Part shown: in pieces, positions 1 to 13,322 of the stretch | How the letters are laid out: each line of letters starts with the position of its first letter | Position numbering within the stretch: the first letter of the stretch is position 1 | NCBI GenBank assembly: GCA_030704615.1 | Contig: CM060731.1 | Location: forward strand, 40,610,001-40,674,000 | Length of the DNA stretch: 64,000 nucleotides | From: Takakia lepidozioides | Lineage: Eukaryota; Plantae; Bryophyta | Direction: 5' to 3' | Notes under the pieces: model-generated | Seen by the model: only the letters and a program-made list of their open reading frames with translations | Told to the model about the DNA's origin: nothing | Databases searched by the model: none | Translations under genes and position numbers: made by a program

Positions 1-252
1 TCCCTCAGCCACCAAGCAGCCTTCAACAATGACAGATCGAGCTTTGTCAGTATCTCGACCAAAACCGGTGCTAAGTGGCTGCATATCCCCTTCCAAGTCA
101 CTTCTTTTGCAAAGAGATAAAGGCCAAACTTGAATGGATAAGCAAGCCCGGAACAAGGGCAGAATCAGTAGCACCAGTGACAAACTTCGCATAAGCTTTG
201 TGGAATTTCCCAGGACGAAAATAAAAATTTGAAAGCTGAAGAACACTACTAC

Positions 253-3200
253 CTTCATGGCCTGGTCAAAATGGCCTGTATAAAGCTCCCGATGAGCTAG
301 AAGCCATAGATGGTAGGCCTCTGCCCCATGCCATGCATTCTCCATAGATCTCTCCAAAGTTGCTGCCACATCATGCTGGAGAATTGCGAAATGTAGCAAC
401 AAACAGAACTGGAGGCTTAGAGCACAAGATGAACAAATATATTACGAAATAGACAGCTCTCTCCCTCCCTCCCTCCCTCCCTCCCTCCCTAATCTGGTTT
501 TGACTTGTCCTCAGTTTTTCCGTTAATCGGATGAGTACATTCTCTCTCTCCGCAGGGAACGGCAAGCCCCACTATCAGAATGTACTCATAAACGTTGTTT
601 GCCATAGCCTTGTGGCCCTTGACCCCGCGCCCAGTTTGAGCGGAATACAAACCACCGTGAACCACCGTTGTGGAGACTATGGCCAAGTATAGAGCAATGA
701 TAGTTCAATGGAAAGTCTTACACCTAGTCTCTCCTGATCTCCCAGTGACTCTCTCGCTCTCTTGGTGGAGGTCATGTTTGAAAGGAACAGTATGCTGATC
801 GAGGTTCTCACTCTTGTGTCAAATCAACATGTCACCTGCAAGAGGCCTTCAAGGGTTGTGGCAGCTACAGTCTTTCCTGCTCCATTTGACCAGGTCATTT
901 GAGCCTGCTTCATCCCCTCCCCACCACAGTATTTGACCAAAGCTGACAGTGAGTCACATAGCACTTAAACCATCTCAAATTGATTATCTTTGCACTGTCA
1001 ATCTGTCTCTTCTATTGGCTTATCTGCCCACCCCCCAAGAAAAAATTTAGCGTATACAACTGATGCTTGTATGAAGTGAGATAGTACCTGCGAACTGAGA
1101 ATAGAAGCTCTATATGCCTCAACTTCCAACGCTGCTAGGACATAGAGCTTTTTCACATCCAAGGGAGTTGCCTGCCATGGTGTCACCTCCGTAGGTCAAT
1201 GTCCACATGCTCACACCCAACTTTTCCAGATTGGGCATTGGCATGGGCTGGATGTAAAGCAGGAGTCATCTGTTGCTTTCAGACCTTGTGGAAGATTTAC
1301 GATGTCATGACAAAGAGGAAGAAAGAGGTGTTCACAATATTGTGCTTGCCTTTCTCGGAAAAGGTATCATTCCCAGTTCCAAAATTGGAGGAGATCACAA
1401 AGTAGGGAAAGGAGGGAGGAATAATACTGGAGGGCTGCAACAGTGAAACATACCTTTTGTAACTACACTATTTCGTGGCAGGAGGGAGAGATATTGCAGA
1501 CAACAAAGCAAACTGGACTCAGGTTGAAAATCAAGACAGAAGTACAGAGATATTGGAAGAACTGTACCTTGGTGGCAGCCATTTGCCTTGCGAGCTCACT
1601 AAGAATTTTAGAAGCATTCAAATGCTGCCCTCCCTTGCGGTAAACATGGACAGCATGCAAGGGGTTTCCTGACTGCAACAGATACTTTGTGTATTTGGCA
1701 ATGGTGCTTCCTACCATTTTGACACAGTCGTGTTGTTTGGCAAGTTCAATAGCCTTGTCCCAGTGGTTCAGCTCCATGCAGCTGTCTATGGCTGCCTTTA
1801 TCTCCCCACCTCTCACAAAAGCAGTCACCTACACACCAACATAATCAACCAACCCTGAAGATGCACTGAACTCAAAATTATGCCTCATTTGATGCCTGAT
1901 TTTTGCCATTCTAACCATAATGAGGAAACAGTCAAGAAAGAATCTTACCGCATGCTCACAGATGCCAACACTCACAAACTTCTTGGCGATGGAGAGAAGG
2001 AGAGGGGATCCATCATGAAGAGTCTCCGTAAGCTTCCCAAGTCCCTCCCAGTTTTCGAGTGCGTAGAAACACTCTGCCAACTTCTCACTGTTCTTAGCCT
2101 TGTCATAATATGTAGCTGCCTTGCTCCACTTTTGCCGATCAGCATAGTAGTCCCCTATGTTGTTCCAAGTAAGCTCAAGCAGCGAATCATTTCCAGCACC
2201 ACCCTCTATCAGCTTCTCTACTCTGTTAACACACAGACAACAGCCAGCAATGGTTACAGAGGATAAAACTGGTGCACTAAAAATTTCTCACAGGGCCAAG
2301 AGAGGGGCTCATTCACTGAACACTTCCGACATGATGTTGTGAGTATATCAACAGATCTTTCAGAGCTGGTTTCAGGATTTCACACAACCAGGACATGAAA
2401 TTAGGCTCAAAACTCGAAAAACCCCTCGTAAATGGCAGACAACAGTCCAGTTCAGGGTTGATTCAGTGTTGCGTTAAGGGCTGGCATTCACATGATTATA
2501 GAAAGCATGATGTGGTTTTTCACACAGCCAACTCGTGCCCCTAACACAGATACAATTGTACAGCCCATCATGCTGCAGGGACCAGAGTTCATATAGCAGG
2601 AGCCAGAGGAGCTTACAGGAACCAATCTCCCAGCTTCATGCGAAGGTCAACAGCCAGATCACTTCTGTCCATGTCACAATACATGCGCTCTGCTTCTTCA
2701 AATCTCTTGAAATACACACAAATCTGGATAACATGATCACCACTACATTGTTTCTGTTACAAACCTAGAAGAGCCATATTGAGTCCTTTGGATTGCTCTT
2801 CCACAAGAAATGAAATGAAATGAAATGGTGCTTTATAACGTCCGCGGAAAGCTCATAGAGCTTATGGGACAAAATGGAAGAAAACATGAGAGAGGAACAA
2901 ATCCAGAACCCAAGAATAAGAACTAATGTTCTAGCGATTGTCTAAGGGTGAAGGCCTCGTGCAGGTAGGCTGCCAAGCATTTTTGATCAGAAGAAAGAGA
3001 GACAAAACATGTTGTGGCATTCTCTTCAGCATAAGAGTGCTTTAGTCTTGGAGCCCTAGAACCCAGCTACCCAAGCTCACCAGGGCTTTCACCATCCAAA
3101 TAACATGATAAGAAATGAAATGAAATGAAATGAAATGAAATGGTGCTTTATAACGTCCGCAGAAAGCTCAGAAAGAAAGAAAAAAAGAAAGAGGGACAAA

Positions 3201-6200
3201 TTATATGACATCAACAGTGTGGAGGCAAAGGCACGGGACTGTAAAATCTGCAAGAAGTGCGAAAGAGAAAAGAAAGCAATCTATGATTGTGGGCCAACAG
3301 AATAAACGAGAACCCGAAACGCTGAACACAGATGGAAATGAAATGTTATAACGTCCGCAGAAAGCCCATAGAGCTTTCTCATAGAGCTTTCTCCAGATGG
3401 AGAAAGGGACAGGGAGAGAGAGCAGCAGAAGCAGAAGGAGATACCTCTGCTTTTTGCTTGAACTTGTCCTTCAGAATGTGGAGTCCCTTCACAAACTGAA
3501 TACCATAATAGCTCTTGCACTTGACAAATGCCTGGTGCCATACATGAACTCATCAGAATAGCACTTCCAACATAGATCAGAATCTTGCCACTGACACCGG
3601 AACAAGCTGATCAGACAGGACCTCGGCTGAACGGGACATGGGGTCAACAGCCATGTACACCATATTCACCAGTTTAAAGACACTTAAAGAGAACCCCACT
3701 TTCTTGCCTTAGCCGCTGGTGGGTCATATTTTGCGAGTCCCTCACCAATCCAGCCTCAGTTCACATTGTCTGTGGATTGAGACAGGCAGATGTGGTAAAC
3801 TCACCCCTTTTTGTCCAGTATGCACCCTGCATGACATGGGAGTTTTTCTCTTCTTCCCAGGTCACTGTGGGATCATAGTCAGAATACTTTTGTCTCTACA
3901 GAGAGTGCACATCCTTTGGAGAGTCCTTTGTCTATGAACACCACAGGTGTATCAAAGGGAACATCATGAGGTTCTCCATCTCCAAGCACCATCAGGCACA
4001 CTTACCACTGCAACAGACTAGTTTACACTTAGTAAACATTGTTTTCCTCCTCTCCTGCTCCTGTCTCTGAATTTTTGTATATTATGAAGTTTATTGATGT
4101 GGATATTATCATCTTTCTGTTTCTCTTAGATCCATTAGAGGCATGCAGTGGACGTGTAAAACTCTTGCATACAAATCGTGGGTAGTAATTACAGTAAGAG
4201 TTAAAGAGAGCGAAAACAAAGCATGAAAAGGTGTAGCAGTTCATATTGAGCTATCTGCAAAGACACTCACCTTTTCAGCAAATGAAAGGTCAAGCTTCTC
4301 AAGGGCATGGTTTGCAAGTGACATCCAAAGGCGAGGGTGGGAGTGTTCCTCCACATAAGAGTAGGCATCTTGAATATCAACAGCTGTAAGCATCTGTTGC
4401 GTGTCTCGTAGTGATTTCGTCTCGTAATCAAACACATGCTCTTTGACAGGCTGTTCAGGCTGCCGCATCACTTCATCGAGTTGCACAGCTTGAATCTGTA
4501 TAACTTGGAAGAATGTCAAATGGTAATTTAGTTGTTAGCTGAGCTTTGCAGAGAGGTCTGGAGTTCTAACCTGGGGGTAGGGTTGAGTTTTTCCCTCTTT
4601 TACCTTTATTTTTCCATAGTAAATCAGGCTGGCCATGTCTGGCTTGATTAATTTCCAGTTAAGTGCCCTCGGAGATTTCATACGCTTGCCTGGATGTGAG
4701 GTTCTTGTGAGCACAAATTTAAGCTCAAGGTTCATTAAGGCAACCTGGGCTATGGGATGCAGTCGAACAGAGAAGAACCACAAGCAAGAGAAAGAGAGAG
4801 GGCACACCACATCCAAGGGGACCCTGAGGGCCCATGGGATAAAGTAGAACACTGAGAGGGGCTGGCTACTCCCCCATCTTACATCTATTTCTTCTCAGGG
4901 AAGCCCCCTTCTTTCCATTTTCTTCCATTTAAGCTCTATGAGCTTTCCGCGGACGTTATAAAGCACCATTTCATTTCATTTCCTGTTTGTCTACTGTGTT
5001 GTTTTCTTTCTTATTCTTTGAGAGTCCCCATAGATCTCCAAAGGAGGAAGAGCCTGGAAGGAGAGAAGAGGACAGGGAGAATTACAACAAAAGCACAAAC
5101 ACAGTAACAGAGCAGCTGCAAACCTGCAGGTCATGAAAGCTACACAGGTAAGCGGTGCAAGAAACCGGTTCCTCGGGCTCAGTGCCCCGTAAAATGTACA
5201 TGCGGGTCTTCTCCATGACGGCAAGTAGGTCAGGGTTATCATCAGCCCACTTCATATTCCACACGTCTTTTCGCTCAAAGTCTAGCACTTTATTGCCAGT
5301 TTGCCCAGTGTCAATCTGTTCCTGCATTCAAAGAGGTTACATCCAGAAACTTTGCAAGTTATGGACCCTTCATCCAACTGAGCTGCTACTGGCAAGAAGA
5401 AAGACATCCATGATGTCCATGAGAGGCCCAGAGGCCCACAGGACAGTAGAATATAGAGAACGAAAGACAGATTAAAACATCAACAAGACCTGAAAGTAGT
5501 ACCTCCTCTGGTTTTTGAGCATGTGCGTGGAGGTCATAGAAAGTAAGAAGCCCATTCATGTCAATGATAGAAAGCCGGGTAGAGTCACAATTCAGCTCTA
5601 CAGCTGCAACACATCAGCTGAGATCGTTTAAAAACATGCTCTGAATGTCTGACTCTCAGGGACCAAGAAGTACTTGAATATTTGAAAAGGTGAAACAGAG
5701 AAACTGAAGAGAACTGCAGGATTGAGACACCACACCAGCAAAAAGAGGAAACTTCATACTCGCCAAGACACTTTACCTTGAGGACGACATTTTAGGATAT
5801 CCTTTGTCTCCAGGGTGAGCAATGGCAGACTGTAACGATGCACAATGCCCGACTCACGGCTCACCATAAGATACTTCTCGGAGCAACAAATGCAGCAGAT
5901 TTGGTCTATGCTCCCACTTAGCTCTTCCTCTATCTGCAAGGTAAACCTTAAAGAATCTCTAGAAGCAAACAGTCAAAGTCATTGAACTTCTATCATGGTG
6001 CAAGCTTGGAAAATCCTACTGTCTCAAAGTATGTTACTCCAACTGCGTGCTGCAATTGTGCAAGAGTTGTTTTACTGGCTTCATTTTACTGGTGTTGTGG
6101 ATTCTACATGGCTGGTTCATATTACAGGATTCCCAGGCTTCCCAGGCTTGCCAGTGTTATGTCTTTGCTATCCATAGCTGTCTGACACAAACTTTCCACA

Positions 6201-9200
6201 AAGCAGAGTGGAAGAGAAAGATGGTTCTTCACCCATTTAAGGCAATCAAGTAATTTGAGTTCATTTGAGTTCTACGTCAGAGCTTCACAACACATGGAGA
6301 TAAATCAAGACATCAAGGCAAGAAAAGCATGAGCAATCTCACTTGATCAGGCCCATAATGCAGATGCTCATCAATATGGAAGGTACGCTCTTGAGAGGGC
6401 GTTGCATCGGCTGCTGTCGGCATGTCTGTTAACCCCATAGAAGGAGCAAGAGTGCCAGTGCGGTACTTCCACAAGTAAACATTATGCTCTGATGCCACAA
6501 ACACAAAACTCTGAATTTGGAGTCAGTGAAGGAACCTCATACCACAGAACCTCATTTTGTAACGAACCATCCTCTTCAATTCAGCCCAATAAACAGAAGT
6601 TTGCTCTCCGGAGATCGCAGTGTTTGATTGGGACAAATCTTTGAAGAACATCATGCTATGACCTAATATTCTCTGTTTCTCCTCTCCCTTGTTCACCGCC
6701 CTTAGTTCATCGTCTATTTTGAACTATTTCTGCCCCTGGTAGCCTGAGTGAGTGACATTTCACAGGAACCAGAGAAAAGTGAAGGTCACTTACAGAGTTC
6801 ATGGCCAGAAATAGGGGCTCCACTGTGATGTACTTGGAGTCCACAGGGTTGCCAATTGCATTACACAATATCAAAATGTACTGCTCCGCTTCCTCTCCCT
6901 GTCCAGGATGAATAATAGGTTTTTGCTTAGAATTCCTCTAGATATCACGAACCCTTTTGAGTGAGATCAAACTAACAAAGCCAACAACATCCCAATTTTC
7001 CAGATTAGCTTTTGTCTTGCTCGCCACCATTCTGAAGGAGCTGTCCTCATGGACAGTTCCTTCAGAATGTTAAATTTGACTCAAGGGTGAGAGACTTCCG
7101 AGGCAACCTCATACAGCTATAAAACTTTGAGAAAGTGGTCATTCTGCAAACAAAGGAAATCCAGCTGGCTAACAAAAGGATACCAGGGTCGCAAGGATGC
7201 TGTACTCGCCAGCCCCACACACAGCAACCAAGCGATTTACATACTTGCAAAACCTATGCTCCTCACCCGGCCACATCCAAGGTTAAAAGACTCACCAGCA
7301 CAATACAACCTGAAGATACCCCCCACCCAGCTGTTCTTCTTTTCCTCCTCCTTGCCAACTCTGCAAACTTTGATATACTTGTTCGTAAACTGCAGTTTAT
7401 TGTGCTCCTCTGTTGTTCTTTCTTTCTCTCTCTTCAGGCTCTGGAAAACTTCCATGAACTTGTTTCCAGTCTGTCACATGGGGGAGGCCATCATGGATGA
7501 CCTCAAGGGTTTACCTCTCTCTCGCACTAGACTGAAATTTAAACTCAGGGCGGGAAGCCTACCTTTGAACAGCAAACAGAAGCAGAGAGGAAAGGGGGAT
7601 TGCAAATGACCGTTGTGTGGGCAACCTGAATTCAATATTCATTTTCTGATTCATTGTCCTGGGTAATCTCACCAGAGAGACGCCCTCTTCACACACAGCA
7701 GATTGATGCTTGCGTAAAGGGATTTCTAGAGGATATCTGGAAAATTCGGACCAATAATTGTCTGTTCCAAGGTAAGTCATACTACCGGCGTCTGCCCCTG
7801 ACAAAGGTAGTTTCTGTCCCTTTGTGTTCCGCTCAAACTGGGCGCGGGTTCAATGGCCACAAGGCTACGGCAAACAACTTATGAGTACAATCTTCAGGCT
7901 CTAGAACAATGAATTTTGCACAACATTTCAACCACTCTCTAATTATCTGGGCCATCCCCTTGGCTGTTTTTTAAATAGAGCTGCACCTTTCACCAGTACT
8001 GATGTCCCAAAACATAACAGAATGTTCTCCATGATCTTTCTTTTAAAAGCCGTAAACGCATGTGCTGCTTCCAAAGAATGCCCACTTGTATTCAGGTCGG
8101 ATATTTGCCAGGTATATATATGCATCCACTGCCAGAGCCAGCCTCAACCCTCCTCCCTCCCACGACAATGCACTGGACATCAATCAGTCACAACTTTACT
8201 CACAACTGAGGATAAAGGTGCATCCCAACGACAGAAGAACAAACACCCCTCTTGTTTTCAGGGACAATCCAAATGAATTACTGGTTAGACTTAGCTTGTG
8301 GACATAGATTCCATGCCCAGTTTTGGACCATGCAGAATAGCGCTATCAACAGTGGAGGGGGAGGATGAAAGAGGCAGAAGATGTGCCAATGCTATCACTG
8401 AAGTCGTGGAGAGGAGCACAAGAGAGAAAAGAGTGGTACTACATCCACAGGAGGCCCAGAGAAGTGCACATGAAGTTGAAATAACATCAAGTGATGAGAT
8501 AAATCTATCGCCCTACACCTGATGACCACTTACTGAAGAATTGAAGCCCTCAGATAGCTTGATTTCTACAGATTATTGTACCTCGTTTGAGTCCCAGGTA
8601 CCCGCAACGTGCGCAGATGAATGCCAGAATGGGAATAAAGCTGCACCATTGAGCTTGGGGCACCTGGTTTTGCAAAGGCATCAGACCCAACAACTGCAAG
8701 TACTTCGCCAACTGGGCTCCATTTGATGCATGTGGTCAACATCCGTGTATCCAGGAGAATGGGCTCTTCATCCAACTCATGCCTCATCAGCTGAAACATT
8801 ACCAGGCATTATCCTTGTTGAAACTCCCTAAGCAAATGAAATTAATCAAAAGCAATTTTGCCAAGTCTATGAGAACATCTCTCTCTCTCTCTCTCCTCTC
8901 TTTCCTGGAATGTGGCTAAGCTCTTGGTAACACCACACAAGAATTGCCTGATCGGGTTATTCTGTTGAGAATGTTTTTGCAAAGAACAGAACAGGAAAAA
9001 CAGGAAATGGGATGATTAATTAAGGTCCGAACCGCTCTATACGGTTAGAAGCCTGGCCGATCTTCTCATTTGGAAGCTGAGCATGGGCTGAAATAGGTGC
9101 TTGTTGATAGCTCAGTTATATACCTACTGCTGGCTGAAATGGCTGAAAGGACATCCCTTGCCTCCTCTCTTTGCTACTTGGGCCTGCTGCAGGCATGATA

Positions 9201-11941
9201 TCAATAACAAGTGTGAAGTGGTTTAAGCCTGGGGTTCCACAGGGATAGCTAACCTGTTGGTTTGTTGGTTGGCTGTGATGGATCCAGGTGAGGCCACTTC
9301 ACCTTTTTTTGCAGGGAATCTTACTAAGGGCAAAAGACTATGGATTTGTACATAGTGGGTTTGAAGGATCTATGAGAAGGAGACACTAGTGCACTTCCTA
9401 CTTGTATTGTCGCTTCCTAGAATATGAAAGTGAGGAGGAAAATTTGTGTGTGAGAAGGGCCTACCTAGTGTGCATCTGATTGCCACTAAGAACACCAAAA
9501 AACTGGCTTTCCAATAAAGATATGTAAAGGAAGGTATCGAGGCAGATCTGGGTAGAGGAAGTTTGATGGTGCCTAAATTAGGCTCTCTGATGTCGTTAGA
9601 AAGAGGTAAACACAACACATTGTGTTTAGTGTTTCCTCCTCTAACTTTGACATGCTATGTAACTCTCTCCCTCAATTTCTTTCTTTCTTCCTCTCTGCGC
9701 ATGATAAACAGTCTTCTTCTATTTCCTTGGTTGGGCCCTGATTACTAAAGGTGAGGTAAGTCCAGACCATACCTGGATTTTTCCATTTTGCAGAGCAAGA
9801 GCTAGAGTAGGAGCATTAGAATCACTGTGGCCCTCCAGTCCATTGTACCAATCAACTCCTACAATATCAGTGGGATTATTTCCCTTCTCCACAAAATGAA
9901 TGCCCAATTGAGCAACAAAGTTCCCATTCAAGTCGTGAACCTGGCATGTGCCCTGCAGCAGAGGGTGCATGATTTGATATCAGAAAAGCCTACTTTCTGT
10001 AACTGATATGAACCAAATGCCACCAGCTTTGCGCCAAAGCGTTTCTCACATCAACTGTTTTCCTTCAAGTCTAGGAACTTGTCCAGCATCCTGCCCTCCC
10101 TCTCTCTCCCATCGTTCACATCTGCTTCCCTCAAATAAGGACTTGTTTTGTAGTCAATGCACCTTTGAATATCAACAATCAGAGATGGAAGACCCATTCC
10201 ACACTCTCTACCTGAGTAGTACAAAAGAGAATGAGCCTAGAGTCAGGGGACCACTCAACAAGCGCCAGCTGCACATTGAGGTCCTTTCCCCATAGCCGAT
10301 TTCCATCCACATTCCCCAGGACAACCTGCCCATCTTCATAGATGATGCAGATCTTTTGACCATCAGATGACCAGCGCAAATCACGTACCACACTCTTATC
10401 ACGGTTGTTGATCATCTCTTCAAACCACATGCCCTATATATCCACATAAACCAAAACAAGACTGGAAGCATTAAACCCATGAGTTCAAAATTACTTGTGT
10501 CATTACTCAATAGGGTGAAGTATAAGAGAGAGTCTACTGACTTGGAAAGAGAAAGAGCTGTCTGATCTAGACTTTGTTTGGCAAACACCTTGTGGCGATA
10601 GACTGCTGGGCAGTAAGAGAGGGTCGCATATAAAAGAGGGTCAGGACTTCTCCCTTCCTCTTCAGAGGTGAAGCCAGAAAGAGCAACATCTATCCAACAA
10701 TGCCCTGTGGCCATAGACCACTGGGCAGTTTGCCACTACAATTGATCAAGGCTTGCTCCAGTTGTAGAGAGTATGCTCATAAGACGTTGTTTGCCTTAGC
10801 CTTGTGGCAATTGACCCCGCGCCCAGTTTGAGCGGAACACAAAGAAACTACCTTTGTCAGGGGCTGACGCCGGTAGTATGACTTACCTTGATCCAAGTTT
10901 TCCAGATGTCCTCTAGAAATCCCTTAACACAAGCATCAATCTGCTGGTTGTGATTTGCCCAATAACTAGGCCCCAAAAGGGCCTGGGCTTCCATCTGTAG
11001 AGGGAGAGTGTGAGTGAGCTTAATGATCTTCCTCGAAAAGTGAATTTACCAAATGGTCAGCAGGATATCATTGCTTCCATACATGGTGGTGGGGCTGTTA
11101 GCATAAGATCTTACCTTGTGAAGTACCCACACAATGATGAGACCTTTCTCATCACTCGAAGTGAGCTTGCGATAGTTTTGATTCCAGCTCACTGCAATTA
11201 CTGTGCCATGGTGGCCTTCCAGTGTCTGATTCATTGACAGGTTTGATGGAACTGCCACAAAAGGTGCTCTCTTCCCTTCATTTGCAACTCCTGACTCGAG
11301 CTTCAGCACCTGTTGGATATCTGAGCATTAGGTTCCTGTTCGAAGATGTCACTACTACCACTACCAAATCTATTCTGTGCCCATGGGTTACTTTTGGCCT
11401 CCCACAGCCGTACTTAAGTTTTTTCTTCCTTGTGCCCTCTGTGGATATTATAAACTTTTGTTCGTTTCTTTCTCTGTGGACGTCCCTTGAGCCCTTGGGG
11501 CTGGTGTGGACGTTATAGAGTTGCGTTCTTTCCTTCTCAATGCTGTATAGGGTAATTGTTCGAAGTACCACTGAAATTGCAGTGTTTATCGTAAGGAATT
11601 TGTGTTTGCATGTGTGCTGGTGTGGGTTGGTGGGAGTGGGGGTGTGGGTGTGTGTGTGTCCCTCGCTGACCCTGTGTCAAGGAGTTTCAAGTGCCACAGT
11701 TATGCAACCTGTGTGGACAGTGCACCTTCCCGAGATACTCATCGGATGTTCACCCACGTGATACACACACGCGATCTTTTCCTGTCCTCTGCAGAGCATG
11801 CTGGGTGAATGCGAGTGGATGTACCTTGAGAAGCCCAAGCTCTCCGCCACAGGCCAGCCATCCTTGCTCGGAGTTCCAGGACAGGCTCTTCAGTTTGAGC
11901 CCATTGGGCATGCTGATCTTCTTGCTCAGATACAGAAACAT
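253..11941 (-). CDS. WDR35: WD repeat protein 35 / intraflagellar transport protein 121 (IFT-A subunit); 3' end lies outside the window; in-frame TAA at 8043-8045
   Basis: Starts [34 protein letters not shown], with family-typical [61 protein letters not shown] and AWHGAEAYH. Phase-consistent GT-AG exons: 11941-11825, 11309-11115, 10433-10212, 9952-9773, 8790-8582, 8172-7987, 7253-7184, 6898-6794, 6510-6343, 5933-5777, 5603-5503, 5321-5124, 4495-4271, 3531-3445, 2723-2617, 2222-1949, 1828-1568, 1171-1088, 904-836, 375-253. Confidence 0.95.
456..490. repeat. (CT)n/(CCCT)n microsatellite in a WDR35 intron
   Basis: ctctctctccctccctccctccctccctccctccct. Confidence 0.9.
581..651 (+). repeat. Dispersed intronic repeat family 1, truncated copy
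   Basis: tactcataaacgttgtttgccatagccttgtggcccttgaccccgcgcccagtttgagcggaa matches the start of 10771-10945 and, inverted, 7697-7889. Confidence 0.85.
2808..3390 (-). repeat. Three copies (~2808-2864, ~3113-3170, ~3335-3390) of a ~55-bp stem-loop plus (ATTTC)n repeat (family 2)
   Basis: (gaaat)n-ggtgctttataacgtccgc(g/a)gaaagctcatagagctt recurs, with some divergence; an inverted copy lies at 4930-4982. Confidence 0.85.
4930..4982 (+). repeat. Family 2 repeat, opposite orientation
   Basis: aagctctatgagctttccgcggacgttataaagcaccatttcatttcatttc. Confidence 0.85.
7697..7889 (-). repeat. Dispersed intronic repeat family 1, inverted copy
   Basis: Reverse complement aligns with 10771-10945, with small insertions. 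Confidence 0.85.
10771..10945 (+). repeat. Dispersed intronic repeat family 1 (SINE/MITE-like, ~180 bp)
   Basis: Third copy; contains the hairpin actacc-ttt-gtcag-ggg-ctgac-gcc-ggtagt. Confidence 0.85.
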
Positions 11942-12549
11942 CTTCTCTCCAACAACGTCGTTCGTCAGTCTTGGAGAGAGAGAAGTGTATCGTGGGTCCT
12001 ACCCGAACAATCAGCAACCTTGACTCTTTCACAGGGCAAAATTGTGGGAGGTGGAACCTTGAATCTTCTACTGAGCAAGGACATGGACGATGGTGGTGGT
12101 GGTTGTTAAAGCTTCACCATAACTACTATCGATGTAGTTGCAAGCCTCCACAGCATGCACATGGGCGAAGAGCCAATGCCCATGCGCATGGCAACATCAC
12201 CATGTCCAACTTTAGTTAGGGTTCAATCCTCTTGCAAGGCCTTCCAAGGTCAAGGTCTTGAGTGCTGTACACCCAAGCAAGCGAGGCAATGCAGAATCAG
12301 GATGGACTCAATCCTCCCAGAACAGCAAACTGCCATCGACATGTTGAACTGAGAGGGATGCTTGAATGCAGATTTGCGGATGCACACATAGAAAGCATGC
12401 CAGTGCAAAATGATACCAGATGAGTGCAATGGTATACTCAAGGAAGACTGAACACGCATGATGAGAGCTATTGCCTCGCCCATGAGCATGCTCTAGTGTA
12501 CACGACCATTGCAGGTACACAGCTGCCACGATGAATGGGAAAGCAACAC

Positions 12550-12617
12550 CAAACTTCATTTGTTCAGATGTCTCCTCCACAGATCTGCGGAGGAGACATC
12601 TGAACAAAAGAAGTTTG
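12550..12617. repeat. 68-bp near-perfect palindrome (34-bp arms, 2 mismatches)
   Basis: caaacttcatttgttcagatgtctcctccacaga|tctgcggaggagacatctgaacaaaagaagtttg. Confidence 0.95.
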
Positions 12618-13322
12618 ATGGTCCTTTTGTGGAATATCAAAGTCACCAGTTCTTCATTTGCACACCATCAACCATCACCATCTTTGAGATGCATCTCTTC
12701 CTTCCCCATTTTGCAATCTCTGCGTACAATTGTACGCATGTTTGACGAACATAGAATACACGTATCAATCCGGTTGCCCGTGACAGTCTAACCATGAGTC
12801 CGAAGCTATGCTCACTATTGTACAATAGATGCGTTGACAACAGATGCATCAGACATCATCTCTTCCAACATCTCTTCAGATTTGTGGAGGATGTTGCTGA
12901 CAGCGTGACTCTATCTATGTGGAGCACAATCTCTCGACAGACTGCCTTGTTTCCAAGCCCTCCACCATCACATCGCTAAAGCAACAGTTAGATCGTTCCA
13001 AAGTCGTCCAACATCAACGACATCGCGTGGAAGCAAAGCAACCCTAATGTGTTTGAATGGACCACCACTGTGCGCCAAAGCCTTGTCAGGAACTCGACCT
13101 ACCTTCATCTCCCTCACGATTTGCAAATTTTGCGAGGAACTCAGGTTCATCTCTTTTCTCCCTGGACGTTGCGAAGTTTTTGTCTTTTCTCTCTCTTTGG
13201 ATCTTCTGAAGTTGTTTCTGATTGAACGATCTTAGTTCGAGTATGACTCGAAGTTATGCAGTCTTAATATGTTGTATAACAATTATAGCACATGCATGAT
13301 GTCATCTGTAGATTACATGCAA

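Noticed and set aside
12040-13250. Additional gene between WDR35 and the DUF1499 gene
   Set aside because: Only short ORFs with no recognisable motif or consistent exon chain.
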